Origin: an uncultured Acidobacteriota bacterium
GTDB lineage: Bacteria > Acidobacteriota > Terriglobia > UBA7540
Direction of reading: 5' to 3'
NCBI GenBank assembly: GCA_963804995.1
Contig: CAWDSK010000007.1
Span: 1 to 45,223 of the forward strand
Length of the DNA: 45,223 nt
Shown: positions 9,994 to 19,789 of the stretch, one piece after another
How positions within the stretch are numbered: the first letter of the stretch is position 1
How the letters are laid out: each line of letters starts with the position of its first letter
Notes under the pieces: model-generated
The model's input: only the letters and a program-made list of their open reading frames with translations
Told to the model about the DNA's origin: nothing
Database searches by the model: none
Position numbers and translations under genes: made by a program

Positions 9994-10755
9994 ATGCGAA
10001 ATATTCGACTGGATCTGGCCTATGATGGAACGGACTTTCACGGATGGCAGCGCCAACCGGCCGCCCCGACGATTCAGTCATGCCTTGAAGAAGCCCTCCA
10101 GAAGCTCACCGGTGAACCGGCACAGGTGCACGGATCAGGGCGGACCGATGCCGGCGTGCACGCTTTGCATCAGGTGGCCAATTTCGAGACGCAATCCCCC
10201 ATCCCTTGCCCGAATCTCGTCAAGGCACTCAACGATCTGCTGCCGCCGACCATACGGGTTAAGGCTGCGAAGGAAGCCGCCCCGACTTTTCATGCCCGCT
10301 ACGATGTACGCTCGAAGACTTATCGATATCGGATTTTGCTGACCCCGGTGTGCTCCCCATTCTTGTGGCGTTTTGTGTGCCACCATCCCTATCCCCTCGA
10401 CTGGGAGCGAATGGCCCAGGCAGCGCGATTCCTGGAAGGCGAGCATGACTTCACTTCCTTTGCGGGAGCGAATGGGCAGGAGGACGAGGGTCAGGGTACA
10501 AAATCCATGGTTCGGGTCATCTTTCGATCGCACCTGCAATGGCGGCCCGAGACTTCCATGCTCGTGTACGACGTCGCGGGAAGCGGTTTTTTCCACCACA
10601 TGGTCCGGAACATCGTAGGTACCTTGGTGGAAGTGGGAAGAGGGAAGCTTGCGCCGCGTGACGTTTTGCGGGTTCTCGCCGCGCGCGATCGCACCCAGGC
10701 CGGTCCTACAGCCCCCCCCCAAGGTCTATGCCTGGTGAAGGTCGAGTACACCTGA
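9994..10755 (+). CDS. truA: tRNA pseudouridine(38-40) synthase
   Basis: AYDGTDFHGWQ, GSGRTDAGVHA, FHARY, GEHDFTSF, HMVRNIVG, TAPPQGL. Confidence 0.96.
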   Translation: MRNIRLDLAYDGTDFHGWQRQPAAPTIQSCLEEALQKLTGEPAQVHGSGRTDAGVHALHQVANFETQSPIPCPNLVKALNDLLPPTIRVKAAKEAAPTFHARYDVRSKTYRYRILLTPVCSPFLWRFVCHHPYPLDWERMAQAARFLEGEHDFTSFAGANGQEDEGQGTKSMVRVIFRSHLQWRPETSMLVYDVAGSGFFHHMVRNIVGTLVEVGRGKLAPRDVLRVLAARDRTQAGPTAPPQGLCLVKVEYT

Positions 10756-10903
10756 CCGGGAGTTCTGACCACGGCGAGCTTGTACTTCAGGAGTGTGTTT
10801 CGGTAAAATACCTTGGCTGTGGGTCAGGCGAGTTTAAAACGCTCCTCACGGCGTTGCTGCCACTCTGATTATTGAATCCAGCGTCCAACGGGAGAATTGC
10901 TCA

Positions 10904-11215
10904 GTGAGTCCTGTAGCCTTGAAAATCAAAGAGAAGAAGCCTGGCCAGCGCGCCTGTGACGAAAAGGACGCCAAGGGGGAGCTGTGTATGGGGCACCTCA
11001 AGCGCTGGTGGTACTACCACCCGCTGCGCCTTACTGCCAGCGAGGAAGAAGAGGCGGCCCTGAAAGAGTTCGGCAAGAATGCCGAGGTTTATCGCTGCGA
11101 GCGCTGCCACACGTTGTATCGCCCCGTCGCGGCTGACCACTCAACCGCGGGCCAAAAGTTTGAATTGCATCCCGTGAACCTGTGGGGGGCATTCTTCGGC
11201 AAAACCTCCAAATAG
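10904..11215 (+). CDS. Small hypothetical protein, possible zinc-binding
   Basis: 103 aa, GTG start after GGGAG; Cys pattern C-x9-C ... CxxC (CERC). Confidence 0.65.
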   Translation: MSPVALKIKEKKPGQRACDEKDAKGELCMGHLKRWWYYHPLRLTASEEEEAALKEFGKNAEVYRCERCHTLYRPVAADHSTAGQKFELHPVNLWGAFFGKTSK

Positions 11216-11393
11216 TTGCGCCCACCCTTACGACCCGGGGGCCAATCGGGAGGGAATTCCGACGCGGAATTCCTGAAGGTGTGTAGCCAACCTGCCCATT
11301 GAGCGGCGGTGCCGGCCCGAGGCATCCACCCTCCGCTGTGTGCTGAATCCATCTCACACCGCGACGCATTTTAATCTTACGGAGCAGCCCGTC

Positions 11394-12263
11394 TTGAGTC
11401 TACGCAGCAAAGCGGAAATCCTCCTGGTGGTCAACACCTTCATCTGGGGCTCGACCTTTGTGGTTGTGAAGGGTGCGCTTTCCGATGCCTCACCCTTTCC
11501 TTTTCTCGCGGCCCGATTCACTATCGCGGGACTGTTGATGTGGCTGGTCATGGCCCGTGGCCGGGTTGACCGCCAGGCAATGTTCCCCAGTTTGGTGCTG
11601 GGCATTCTTCTTTTCGCGGGTTTCGCCCTCCAGACCTGGGGCCTTATTTTCACCACGCCCTCCAAGAGCGCGTTTATTACGGGGGCGAGCGTCATCCTGG
11701 TGCCGGTGCTCTCGCTGATTTCCGGGTATCGCATGCGTGCTGCGAACTTCAGCGGCGCCGTGCTCGGCCTCGGTGGTCTCTACTTTCTTGTGCTCCCCGC
11801 GGGCCTCAGCGCTGTGAATCGAGGCGACATTCTCACTTTGCTGGGAGCCATTTCCTTCGCTGTACATATCATCCTGGTGGGCAGCTACACTCAACGATTC
11901 TCATTCCAACAACTTGCTCCCGGGCAAGTTCTGGTTGCGGGGGCCCTCGCGACGCTGGCCGGTCCGTTCGGCCCTGCCTGGGTCGTGCATTGGAGCGGCC
12001 GCCTCGTTTTCGCAGTTGTGGTAACGGCAATTTTTGCCACAGCTTTTGCCTTCGGAAGCCAAGTGTGGGCGCAACAATACACTCCGCCGGCCCATACCGC
12101 TCTGATTTTTGCCCTTGAACCGGTCTTCGCTGCCCTCACTTCGTGGCTGGTTATCGGGGAGCGCTTAGGCGGAAAAATGCTGCTGGGCTCCGTCCTGATC
12201 CTGGCGGGCATGGTGGTCTCGGAAATATGGGGTGGAGCAGCGCCCGCGCCTGTCGAGGGATAG
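11394..12263 (+). CDS. DMT/EamA family transporter
   Basis: IWGSTFVVVK, SAFITG, GD..TL, ALEPVFAA, GERL; about 10 TM segments. Start approximate. Confidence 0.9.
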   Translation: MSLRSKAEILLVVNTFIWGSTFVVVKGALSDASPFPFLAARFTIAGLLMWLVMARGRVDRQAMFPSLVLGILLFAGFALQTWGLIFTTPSKSAFITGASVILVPVLSLISGYRMRAANFSGAVLGLGGLYFLVLPAGLSAVNRGDILTLLGAISFAVHIILVGSYTQRFSFQQLAPGQVLVAGALATLAGPFGPAWVVHWSGRLVFAVVVTAIFATAFAFGSQVWAQQYTPPAHTALIFALEPVFAALTSWLVIGERLGGKMLLGSVLILAGMVVSEIWGGAAPAPVEG

Positions 12264-12405
12264 ACCCGGTGCGCCCGGGCTTACCGGGGTCACGGCAAGG
12301 CGTCTAAGCTTTCGTGGGGCAGCACTCACGGATGTGTGCTTTGTAGTGTATACTTGTGAAATTGGGGCGAGCTAGGGCAGATTGGGATTGAGGGGAGGGA
12401 CGTAG

Positions 12406-13983
12406 ATGAGCACGCAAGGTCGGCGGGTTGTGCCCGCGCTGGTTATTGTAGTAACGCTGGGCATCGGCATTTTGATTGGTACAGTAGTTTCCCACGGCGT
12501 GCGCGCTGCCAAAAGCAATCCGCTCGCAGCAGATGCCAAACCCTTACCGATACCTTCCCCGGTTGAACTCTCCAACTCCTTCGCGCAGATTGCGGAGAGG
12601 ATTGAAGACTCAGTTGTCAACATCAACACTGAAACTACAGTACGAGTCAGCCGTCGTCAGTTCCACTCTCCCGATGATTCACCTTTGAACGATCTCTTCG
12701 ACCACTTCTTTCAGGGCAACCCCGGTTCGCCCATGGGCGAAGGTGGAGATTTCCGCCAGCAGAGCCTGGGCTCGGGGGTGATCCTGGACAAGAATGGGTA
12801 CATCCTCACCAACTATCACGTCATTACCCAGAGCTCGGAGGACAAGCCAGTCGACCGCATCAACGTGCAATTGCACGGCGACGAGACGACGAAGTTCAAG
12901 GCAAAGATTATTGGCGCTGACAAGTGGACGGATCTCGCCGTGATCAAAATCGAAGCCGATAGGCCGCTGCATGCCGCCGAGCTCGGCAACTCCGATACCA
13001 TGCGGGTAGGGGACTGGGTATTAGCGGTTGGCAGTCCCTTCGGCCTTGACTCGACGGTGACCGCCGGCATTGTCAGTGCCAAGGGCCGCGACATCGAAGG
13101 GGGAACCCAGGGCCAGTTCAAGCGCTTTATTCAAACCGATGCTGCCATCAATCCCGGCAACAGCGGCGGACCGTTGGTGAACTTGGCGGGCCAGGTGATT
13201 GGCATCAATACCGCCATCGCCACGCGCCGAGGCAGTTACGACGGTGTGGGCTTCGCCATTCCCTCCGACACCGCGCGCAAGGTCTACAACTCCTTGGTGA
13301 CCAGTGGCGCAGTAAAGCGGGGCGCCATCGGGGTGCAATTCCAAGGACAGACCAACGCCGCGCTGCTGCGCAGCTTTGGCACGGATCACGGCATCGTGAT
13401 CGAAAACGTCCAGGCTGACAGCCCTGCGGACCACGCAGGCCTGAAACGCGGTGACGTGATTTTGAGCGTAAATGGCCAACCCGTGCACAGTGGTGACGAA
13501 CTCGTCGCCATAGTTTCCGACACCAACGTCGGCAAGAAACTGCACGTGGAGTTTCTTCGGGACGGCAAGCGGGCTACCACGGATGTGGAGGTTGCTGACC
13601 GCAACAAGATCATCGGTGAGAGCCGCACCGGCGAGGACGAAGAAAACGGCGAGGAGTCTGAGCACCCCGTCTCCGGGATTATTGGCCTCGCAGTGAAGAA
13701 CCTTACGCATGAACAGTCACAGGAGCTCACCTCGCAACTTCACCTCGACGCGAATCAGGGCGTTCTGGTGGTGGATGTTCAGGTGAACGGCTTTGCTTCC
13801 GACCTGGGGGTAACGCGCGGCGACATCATTTTGAGCATCAATCGCCATCCCGTTTCTTCCGTCGACGATTACAATAAGCTTCAGGCCCAGCTAAAGTCCG
13901 GCAGCGACGTGGTTCTGCTGATCGCGCGCCACAGCGGCCCCCGGAGCTTTACAACGCTCTTCCTGGCGGACCGGCTGCCCTAG
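12406..13983 (+). CDS. Do/DegP (HtrA) family serine endoprotease with two PDZ domains
   Basis: Catalytic triad motifs TNYHV, TDLAV and GNSGGPL; QTDAAIN; PDZ repeats; N-terminal anchor. Confidence 0.95.
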   Translation: MSTQGRRVVPALVIVVTLGIGILIGTVVSHGVRAAKSNPLAADAKPLPIPSPVELSNSFAQIAERIEDSVVNINTETTVRVSRRQFHSPDDSPLNDLFDHFFQGNPGSPMGEGGDFRQQSLGSGVILDKNGYILTNYHVITQSSEDKPVDRINVQLHGDETTKFKAKIIGADKWTDLAVIKIEADRPLHAAELGNSDTMRVGDWVLAVGSPFGLDSTVTAGIVSAKGRDIEGGTQGQFKRFIQTDAAINPGNSGGPLVNLAGQVIGINTAIATRRGSYDGVGFAIPSDTARKVYNSLVTSGAVKRGAIGVQFQGQTNAALLRSFGTDHGIVIENVQADSPADHAGLKRGDVILSVNGQPVHSGDELVAIVSDTNVGKKLHVEFLRDGKRATTDVEVADRNKIIGESRTGEDEENGEESEHPVSGIIGLAVKNLTHEQSQELTSQLHLDANQGVLVVDVQVNGFASDLGVTRGDIILSINRHPVSSVDDYNKLQAQLKSGSDVVLLIARHSGPRSFTTLFLADRLP

Positions 13984-14002
13984 GAAAGGAGAAGGGAGCG
14001 GT

Positions 14003-14716
14003 TTGAATCCTCACAGCCTGAAACCTGGCGGCCTCACAGCCGCCCTGACGCTGGGCGTTTGTCTCGCTGCCTCCTCACTCTGCCCGGCCCAAAGCTTGAC
14101 GCCGGAAACCACCCAGGCGCCCGCCGCTAAGAAGTCTACGACCTCAACCAGCGCACACCCAGCCACTAAGACGGCCACGGCGCACCCCGCCACGCATACG
14201 GTGGCAAGGAAAGCCTCTAGTAGCAAAGCGTCCTCCACGCGGAAATCTACGGCACACGCCACCACCCAGGCGGCCACAAAAAGCTCGGCCAATCACCCCT
14301 CAACGAGTTCCGCGCGTAAGACGACCACAGCCAGTAATTCCAAGGCACGGACCCGGAAGCCTCGACCTCTGACCGGGGCACAACGTTTGGCCCGTCTCCA
14401 CCTCGCGCCAGAACGCATTCAAGAGATCCAGCAGGCACTCAGCCGCGAAGGCTACTTGCAGCAGGAACCGAACGGCCAGTGGGATGCTCGTACCCGCGAA
14501 GCCATGTTGCGCTACCAGACGGATCACGGCTTTCCCGCCACCGGCCTGCCAGAGGCCAAATCGCTTATGAAACTCGGCCTGGGCTCGCACCCCCTGCCGC
14601 CCGATCTTGACCCCAGCTTGGCGCATGCCACCCTGCCCGAGGCCGGGAAGGAAGAACCTTCCGTGGTACAAACCCCGCCCCCAACTTCCCAAGAAATCGC
14701 TCCGCAACACCAGTGA
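14003..14716 (+). CDS. Exported peptidoglycan-binding domain protein with a Thr/Ala/Ser/Lys-rich linker
   Basis: Signal peptide; IQEIQQALSREGY...NGQWD..T..AM.RYQ..HG...TG pattern (PG_binding_1-like). Confidence 0.8.
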   Translation: MNPHSLKPGGLTAALTLGVCLAASSLCPAQSLTPETTQAPAAKKSTTSTSAHPATKTATAHPATHTVARKASSSKASSTRKSTAHATTQAATKSSANHPSTSSARKTTTASNSKARTRKPRPLTGAQRLARLHLAPERIQEIQQALSREGYLQQEPNGQWDARTREAMLRYQTDHGFPATGLPEAKSLMKLGLGSHPLPPDLDPSLAHATLPEAGKEEPSVVQTPPPTSQEIAPQHQ

Positions 14717-14733
14717 TTAACGAGGAGAACCCG

Positions 14734-16227
14734 CTACGTGTCGATTTGCGCACGTTGCAGCTTGTCGCTGTAATCCACGTAGATGGATTTCCACTCTGAA
14801 TAGAAATCCAGAGCCGCGGTAGCTGCTTCGCGATGGCCGTTACCGGTCTGCTTGGTGCCGCCGAAGGGCAGGTGGGTCTCAGCGCCAATGGTGGGTGCGT
14901 TCACGTAGAAAATACCGGTTTCCAGGTCGCGCATAGCTTTGAAAGCGTTGTTCACATTGCGGGTATACAGGGAGGAAGAGAGCCCGTACTCGACGCTGTT
15001 ACTGATTTCGATGGCTTCGTCCAAGTTGTCGCAGGGAAGGACGGAGACTACCGGACCGAAGATCTCTTCCCGGGCAATTCGCATCTTGCGGTCGCAGTCG
15101 CCGAAAATCGTGGGCGCATAGAACCAACCGTCGTCGTACCCGCTGCCAGAGAGGCACTCACCGCCGCAGAGAAGCTTCGCACCCTCTTTCTTGCCAGTTT
15201 CAACATAGGATTCCACAGTCCGGAGCTGGGCTTCGTTGATAAGGGGGCCCACCTGCACCGAAGGATCAAGCCCATTGCCAACCTTCAGCGCATGGGCGCG
15301 CGTGACGAAACGGTCGACAAACTCCTTATACACGTTCTTGTGCACGACTACGCGGCTCGCCGCCGTGCAGCGCTGGCCGGTGGTTCCAAAGCCTCCCCAC
15401 ACGGCGCCCTCCACGGCCAGGTCCAGATTCGCGTCTTCCATCACCAGGATGGCGTTCTTGCCACCCATCTCAAGACAGCAGTGCTTGAACTTCGCGGCGC
15501 AAGCCTGCGAAACCTTACGCCCTGTCTCCGTCGAGCCTGTGAAGGAGATCACCCGCACGTCATCGTGCTCCATTAAGGGGGTGCCCACATCGTTCCCCGT
15601 GCCCGTAATCAGATTCACCACCCCTCGTGGCACCCCTGCTTCTTCCAGAACTTTCATCAGGTTGTGCGCAGAAAGGGGCGTGTCCGTGGCCGGCTTCAGC
15701 ACCACCGTATTTCCACAGATCAGCGCCGGCATGATTTTCCAGGAGGGGATCGCCATGGGGAAGTTCCAGGGCGTGATCAGCCCGCATACGCCGATCGAAC
15801 TTCGCACGGTCATACAGAACTTATTGGGCAATTCGGAAGTGGTGGTCTGGCCAAAGAGCCGCCGGCCCTCGCCCGCCATGTAAAACGTCATGTCGATGGC
15901 TTCCTGCACGTCGCCACGCGTTTCTTCCAGTACCTTTCCCATCTCGCGGGTCATGGCTTTGGCCAGTTCTTCCTTGCGTTCCTTCAGTAACGACGCGACG
16001 CGATAGAGGATCTCTCCGCGCTTGGGTGGCGGAGTATCTTTCCAGGATCTGTAAGCTTGCTTAGCCGCCGCCACCGCCTCATCCACATCCTGCGGGCGTG
16101 ATTTCTGGAAGAGTCCGAGACTTTCATGGTGGTTGGCAGGGTTCACATTCGCAAAGGTCCGGCCTCCGGAGGAAACCACCCATTCGCCGTTGATGAAGTT
16201 CGTATAGATCTTCGCCGTTGAGATCAT
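14734..16227 (-). CDS. NAD(P)-dependent aldehyde dehydrogenase
   Basis: [38 protein letters not shown]. Confidence 0.95.
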   Translation of the reverse strand: MISTAKIYTNFINGEWVVSSGGRTFANVNPANHHESLGLFQKSRPQDVDEAVAAAKQAYRSWKDTPPPKRGEILYRVASLLKERKEELAKAMTREMGKVLEETRGDVQEAIDMTFYMAGEGRRLFGQTTTSELPNKFCMTVRSSIGVCGLITPWNFPMAIPSWKIMPALICGNTVVLKPATDTPLSAHNLMKVLEEAGVPRGVVNLITGTGNDVGTPLMEHDDVRVISFTGSTETGRKVSQACAAKFKHCCLEMGGKNAILVMEDANLDLAVEGAVWGGFGTTGQRCTAASRVVVHKNVYKEFVDRFVTRAHALKVGNGLDPSVQVGPLINEAQLRTVESYVETGKKEGAKLLCGGECLSGSGYDDGWFYAPTIFGDCDRKMRIAREEIFGPVVSVLPCDNLDEAIEISNSVEYGLSSSLYTRNVNNAFKAMRDLETGIFYVNAPTIGAETHLPFGGTKQTGNGHREAATAALDFYSEWKSIYVDYSDKLQRAQIDT

Positions 16228-16324
16228 GACAGTACCTCCCGTGGTCTGCGGAATTATACCGCCACTCTGGGGCGAAGTAAGTGCCCAGTAGCAATGGCGA
16301 AAGCTTCAAAGATAGTAAACTCGT

Positions 16325-16530
16325 TCAGGGAAAGAAAGTGTTGCTCGCGGCGTCCATGTCCTGGAGGGTGGGGACGTTCTCAACCAGGATTCCAATTCTT
16401 TCCAAGCCTGCGGAGCGGATCTCAGCTAATACCATCATAACGTCTCCGTACCTCGCGTGGCTGTCAACTTTCATATAAGCTTTCCGTTCTGAGCCGCTGG
16501 CTACGCGGAGGCGGATTGCTATCGGCAGTT
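16325..16530 (-). pseudogene. ExbD/TolR periplasmic-domain fragment
   Basis: ERKAYMKVDSHARYGDVMMVLAEIRSAGLERIGILVE resembles the ExbD/TolR C-terminus; no TM anchor upstream. Confidence 0.6.
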
Positions 16531-16625
16531 TGTCAGCTCGGCTATCACAGGATAGCAAACGGCGAGGAAGGCTTGTAGAATGCTCTTGCGCACATTACCG
16601 GGATTCCAGGAATAAGGAGTTGAAT

Positions 16626-17372
16626 ATGAACCTCACACGCCGGAGTTTCTCATCCCGTCTCGGATGGCTGCTGGCGGGGGCCTCGGCAGGGAATGCCTGG
16701 GCGGAGGCGGCCACACCGCAGGAGCCTCAGCACTCGCGCGAACCGATGACCACCCATGCCTGGGGGAGTGCAGAGAACAAGCTCGCGCCAGAGGACGAAC
16801 TCTGGGCGAATCTTTTGGCAGGAAACCAGCGCTTTGTGGCAGGCAAGCCCGCGCCGCGCGAGCTGGTCAAGCGGAGAGAAGAATTGCTGGCCGGTCAGCA
16901 TCCGCAGGTCGCCGTGCTCACTTGTTCCGACAGCCGCGTGGACCCCACCCTTATCTTTGACCAGAATCTGGGCAACTTGTTCGTGGTGCGCACGGCCGGC
17001 AATGTGGCGGATGCCATAGCGTTGGGGAGCATGGAATATGCGGTTTCGCATATGCCCATCCGGCTTCTGGTAATCCTCGGCCACGAAAAATGTGGGGCCG
17101 TGGCGGCCGCGGCTTCCGGTGAGAAGATGGCTTCGCCAAACCTGGCTGCAGTAATCGCTAAGATTGCTCCCGCCGTCGCCAAGGTAAAGGGGAAAGCGGA
17201 GGGCGAAGCTTTGCTGCGCGCGGCCGAGGAGGCCAACGTTCAGCAGGTTGCCGCGGATGTTCTTGCCAACAGTTCGATAGTTTTGCAGGAAACGGCCGCC
17301 CAGAATCTCGAGATCATCAAGGCCATTTACAGTTTGAAAACAGGGCAGGTCAGACGGCTGACGGCGTCGTGA
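16626..17372 (+). CDS. Beta-class carbonic anhydrase with Tat signal peptide
   Basis: MNLTRRSF; zinc ligands in CSDSRV and HEKCGA; VRTAGN; AAGGAG ribosome-binding site. Confidence 0.92.
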   Translation: MNLTRRSFSSRLGWLLAGASAGNAWAEAATPQEPQHSREPMTTHAWGSAENKLAPEDELWANLLAGNQRFVAGKPAPRELVKRREELLAGQHPQVAVLTCSDSRVDPTLIFDQNLGNLFVVRTAGNVADAIALGSMEYAVSHMPIRLLVILGHEKCGAVAAAASGEKMASPNLAAVIAKIAPAVAKVKGKAEGEALLRAAEEANVQQVAADVLANSSIVLQETAAQNLEIIKAIYSLKTGQVRRLTAS

Positions 17373-17560
17373 CGCAGATTGATGCGGATATTCGCAGCCT
17401 TGTTCGCCTGAGGGGATGGCCGGGGAAACACTGGCCGTGTCGGGCGAGCCTATCAATTCTGAAGAGATGAGGATTGCACCTCGCGACACTCAGTTGTACA
17501 TTACCGCACGGTTGGCAAACGTCCACAAAACGATCTATTTAGTGAGCAGAGGAGAGAGAC

Positions 17561-19675
17561 ATGCGAGCACGTTCCCGATTGGTCCCATCTGTAATCGCGA
17601 GACTGCTGATGTTCGGAGCGGTTGTGGCAGGCTTGATGTTCTCAGCCGAGTGGTGCCATGCCCAGGGCCTGGTGAGCAGTGATCTTTACCGCTTCCGCGC
17701 CGTTGGCGAGGTGGCGCTTTCACCTGACAACCATCGGATCGCTTACACCGTGACCATGCACGATCGGCCCGGGCGCCCTTATTCCCAGACCTGGATCATG
17801 GACCTTTCCACTGCGGCCTCCGTGCGTCTGGGCGGCGAAAAGGAAGCAAGTTCGAATCCCCTCTGGTCGCCGGACGGCAAGTGGCTGAGCTTCTCAGCGG
17901 GCGAGGGCGACAAGTCCGGCCTGTGGGTGGCGCATCCCGACGGCTCCGGCGCAACGTTCCTGGCTCCGACCAGCGGTACGAACTCACCCTTGCCCGGCCA
18001 GGGTGAAAGCGTCACGTGGTCGCCAGACAGTAAGCAGATTGCCTTTGTCTCCTCTACCCCGGGCCCGGAAACTGCCGAGGCGAACGGGGACCCGATGGTG
18101 ATCACACGCTACCTCTATAAGCCCACGGCGAGTGAAGGACTCTCGCACTTCAACGACAACCGCCGCCTCCACATTTTCACAGTTGATGTTGCTACTCGCC
18201 AGGTGCGCCAACTTACTCAGGGCACGAATGACGAGCATTCCATCGACTGGTCCCCCGACGGCAAGGAAATCCTCTTCGAGTCGAATCATGAGCCCAACGC
18301 CGACGAGTTCTTTAATTATGACATCTTTGCATTGAAGGTGGCTGACGGTAGCGTGCGGCGCCTGACCGCGACGGAGAGTTTTGAATATGCCCCGCGTTGG
18401 TCCCCGGACGGCAAAAGGATTATCTACTCGGCCAACCGGCGCGGCCTTACCGACCGCGAAACCAATATGGAAGACTCGCACGTGTGGTTGATGGATGCAG
18501 ACGGGTCGCACCGGCATGAAGTCAGCGGGATGATCGACAACCGCCAAGGCTTCCCCCACTGGTCGCCGGAAGGGAACGCTGTCTACTTCACCGTGCAGGA
18601 GCGAGGCAACGTTCGCTTGGTGGTCCTGCCCATCTCTGGCTCCGGTTCAGCAGGCGAGCCGCGAAAGGTGGTGGATGAGCCGGGCACGGTCGGAAGCGTT
18701 TCCGTTGGCCGGGATGGTCTGCTGGCCTATGCGCTGAACACGCCGCAGGACATGCCGCAACTCTTTTTGAAGACGGGAACCGGCACGCCGCGGCGGTTGA
18801 CGGACTTGAATGCGGAGGTCCTACGAGGCAAGCCCCTCGGGGCAGTCGAATCCTTCACATTCATTAGCAACGACAACAAGTATGAGGTGGAAGCCTTCCT
18901 CACCAAGCCCGTGGGGCTTACGGAGGATTTGCCTGACATGGCGGCGGCGCCCAAGCACCCCCTCATTGTGAATCTTCATGGCGGTCCCCATGGCCAGAAC
19001 GGTCCAGCCTTCGCCTTCAAGAATCAGGTCTACGCCTCCCACGGCTGGGCGACTTTGCAGGTGAATTATCGCGGATCCACCGGGTACGGCCAGAAGTTTG
19101 CCGACGCGGTTTTCGGCGACCAGAACGGGAACGAAGCCCAGGACGTGTTGTATGCCGTCAGTGCCGCGGTGCGCCGCTACCTTTGGATTGATCGCGAGCG
19201 GATGGGCGTTGAGGGGGTCAGCTACGGAGGCCAGCTCAGCGATTGGCTAATTACCCAGACCAATGAGTTCAAAGCGGCCATCCCGATTGCCGGAATCTCG
19301 AATCTGGTCAGCTATAACTACATGACGTATTACAACCAATATGAAGAGATGGAATTTGGGCAATTCCTGCACCAGGGTAACTGGATGGATTTCGCCTGGC
19401 AGCGCTCCGCCCTAAAGTACGTGGCAAATGTTCACACACCCACTCTGCTCATGCATGGGGAGAACGACCCCGACGTGCCCATCGCCGAGGCCGAGCAGTA
19501 TTTCGTCGCGCTTAAGGATGTAGGCGTGGAGACCGTCTTTGTTCGTTACCCGCGGGAGGGTCATGGCTTGGCCGAGACCGCGCACCAAGTGGATTCCACC
19601 GACCGCTGTATCGCGTGGTATGAGAAACACTTCCCGCGGCCTGGCGCCGAAGGGGTCACGAACGTACAGCCATAG
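17561..19675 (+). CDS. S9 family peptidase (acylaminoacyl/dipeptidyl-peptidase-like) with PD40 propeller repeats
   Basis: WSPDGK repeats, HGGPH, NYRGSTGYG, nucleophile GVSYGG, EGHG; signal peptide. Confidence 0.93.
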   Translation: MRARSRLVPSVIARLLMFGAVVAGLMFSAEWCHAQGLVSSDLYRFRAVGEVALSPDNHRIAYTVTMHDRPGRPYSQTWIMDLSTAASVRLGGEKEASSNPLWSPDGKWLSFSAGEGDKSGLWVAHPDGSGATFLAPTSGTNSPLPGQGESVTWSPDSKQIAFVSSTPGPETAEANGDPMVITRYLYKPTASEGLSHFNDNRRLHIFTVDVATRQVRQLTQGTNDEHSIDWSPDGKEILFESNHEPNADEFFNYDIFALKVADGSVRRLTATESFEYAPRWSPDGKRIIYSANRRGLTDRETNMEDSHVWLMDADGSHRHEVSGMIDNRQGFPHWSPEGNAVYFTVQERGNVRLVVLPISGSGSAGEPRKVVDEPGTVGSVSVGRDGLLAYALNTPQDMPQLFLKTGTGTPRRLTDLNAEVLRGKPLGAVESFTFISNDNKYEVEAFLTKPVGLTEDLPDMAAAPKHPLIVNLHGGPHGQNGPAFAFKNQVYASHGWATLQVNYRGSTGYGQKFADAVFGDQNGNEAQDVLYAVSAAVRRYLWIDRERMGVEGVSYGGQLSDWLITQTNEFKAAIPIAGISNLVSYNYMTYYNQYEEMEFGQFLHQGNWMDFAWQRSALKYVANVHTPTLLMHGENDPDVPIAEAEQYFVALKDVGVETVFVRYPREGHGLAETAHQVDSTDRCIAWYEKHFPRPGAEGVTNVQP

Positions 19676-19712
19676 CCGGGGTTTCATACCCGGCAGAGCC
19701 GTTTTGCACGAA

Positions 19713-19752
19713 CGGCCGGAAGCGGGAGTCTGAAGTTCCGCGCTTCCGGCCG
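19713..19752. terminator. Hairpin between convergent genes
   Basis: 12-bp perfect stem cggccggaagcg / cgcttccggccg; no clear U-tract. Confidence 0.5.
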
Positions 19753-19789
19753 CCCACTTAAAGCGTCGAAGCGTCGTGAGATTTCTTCG

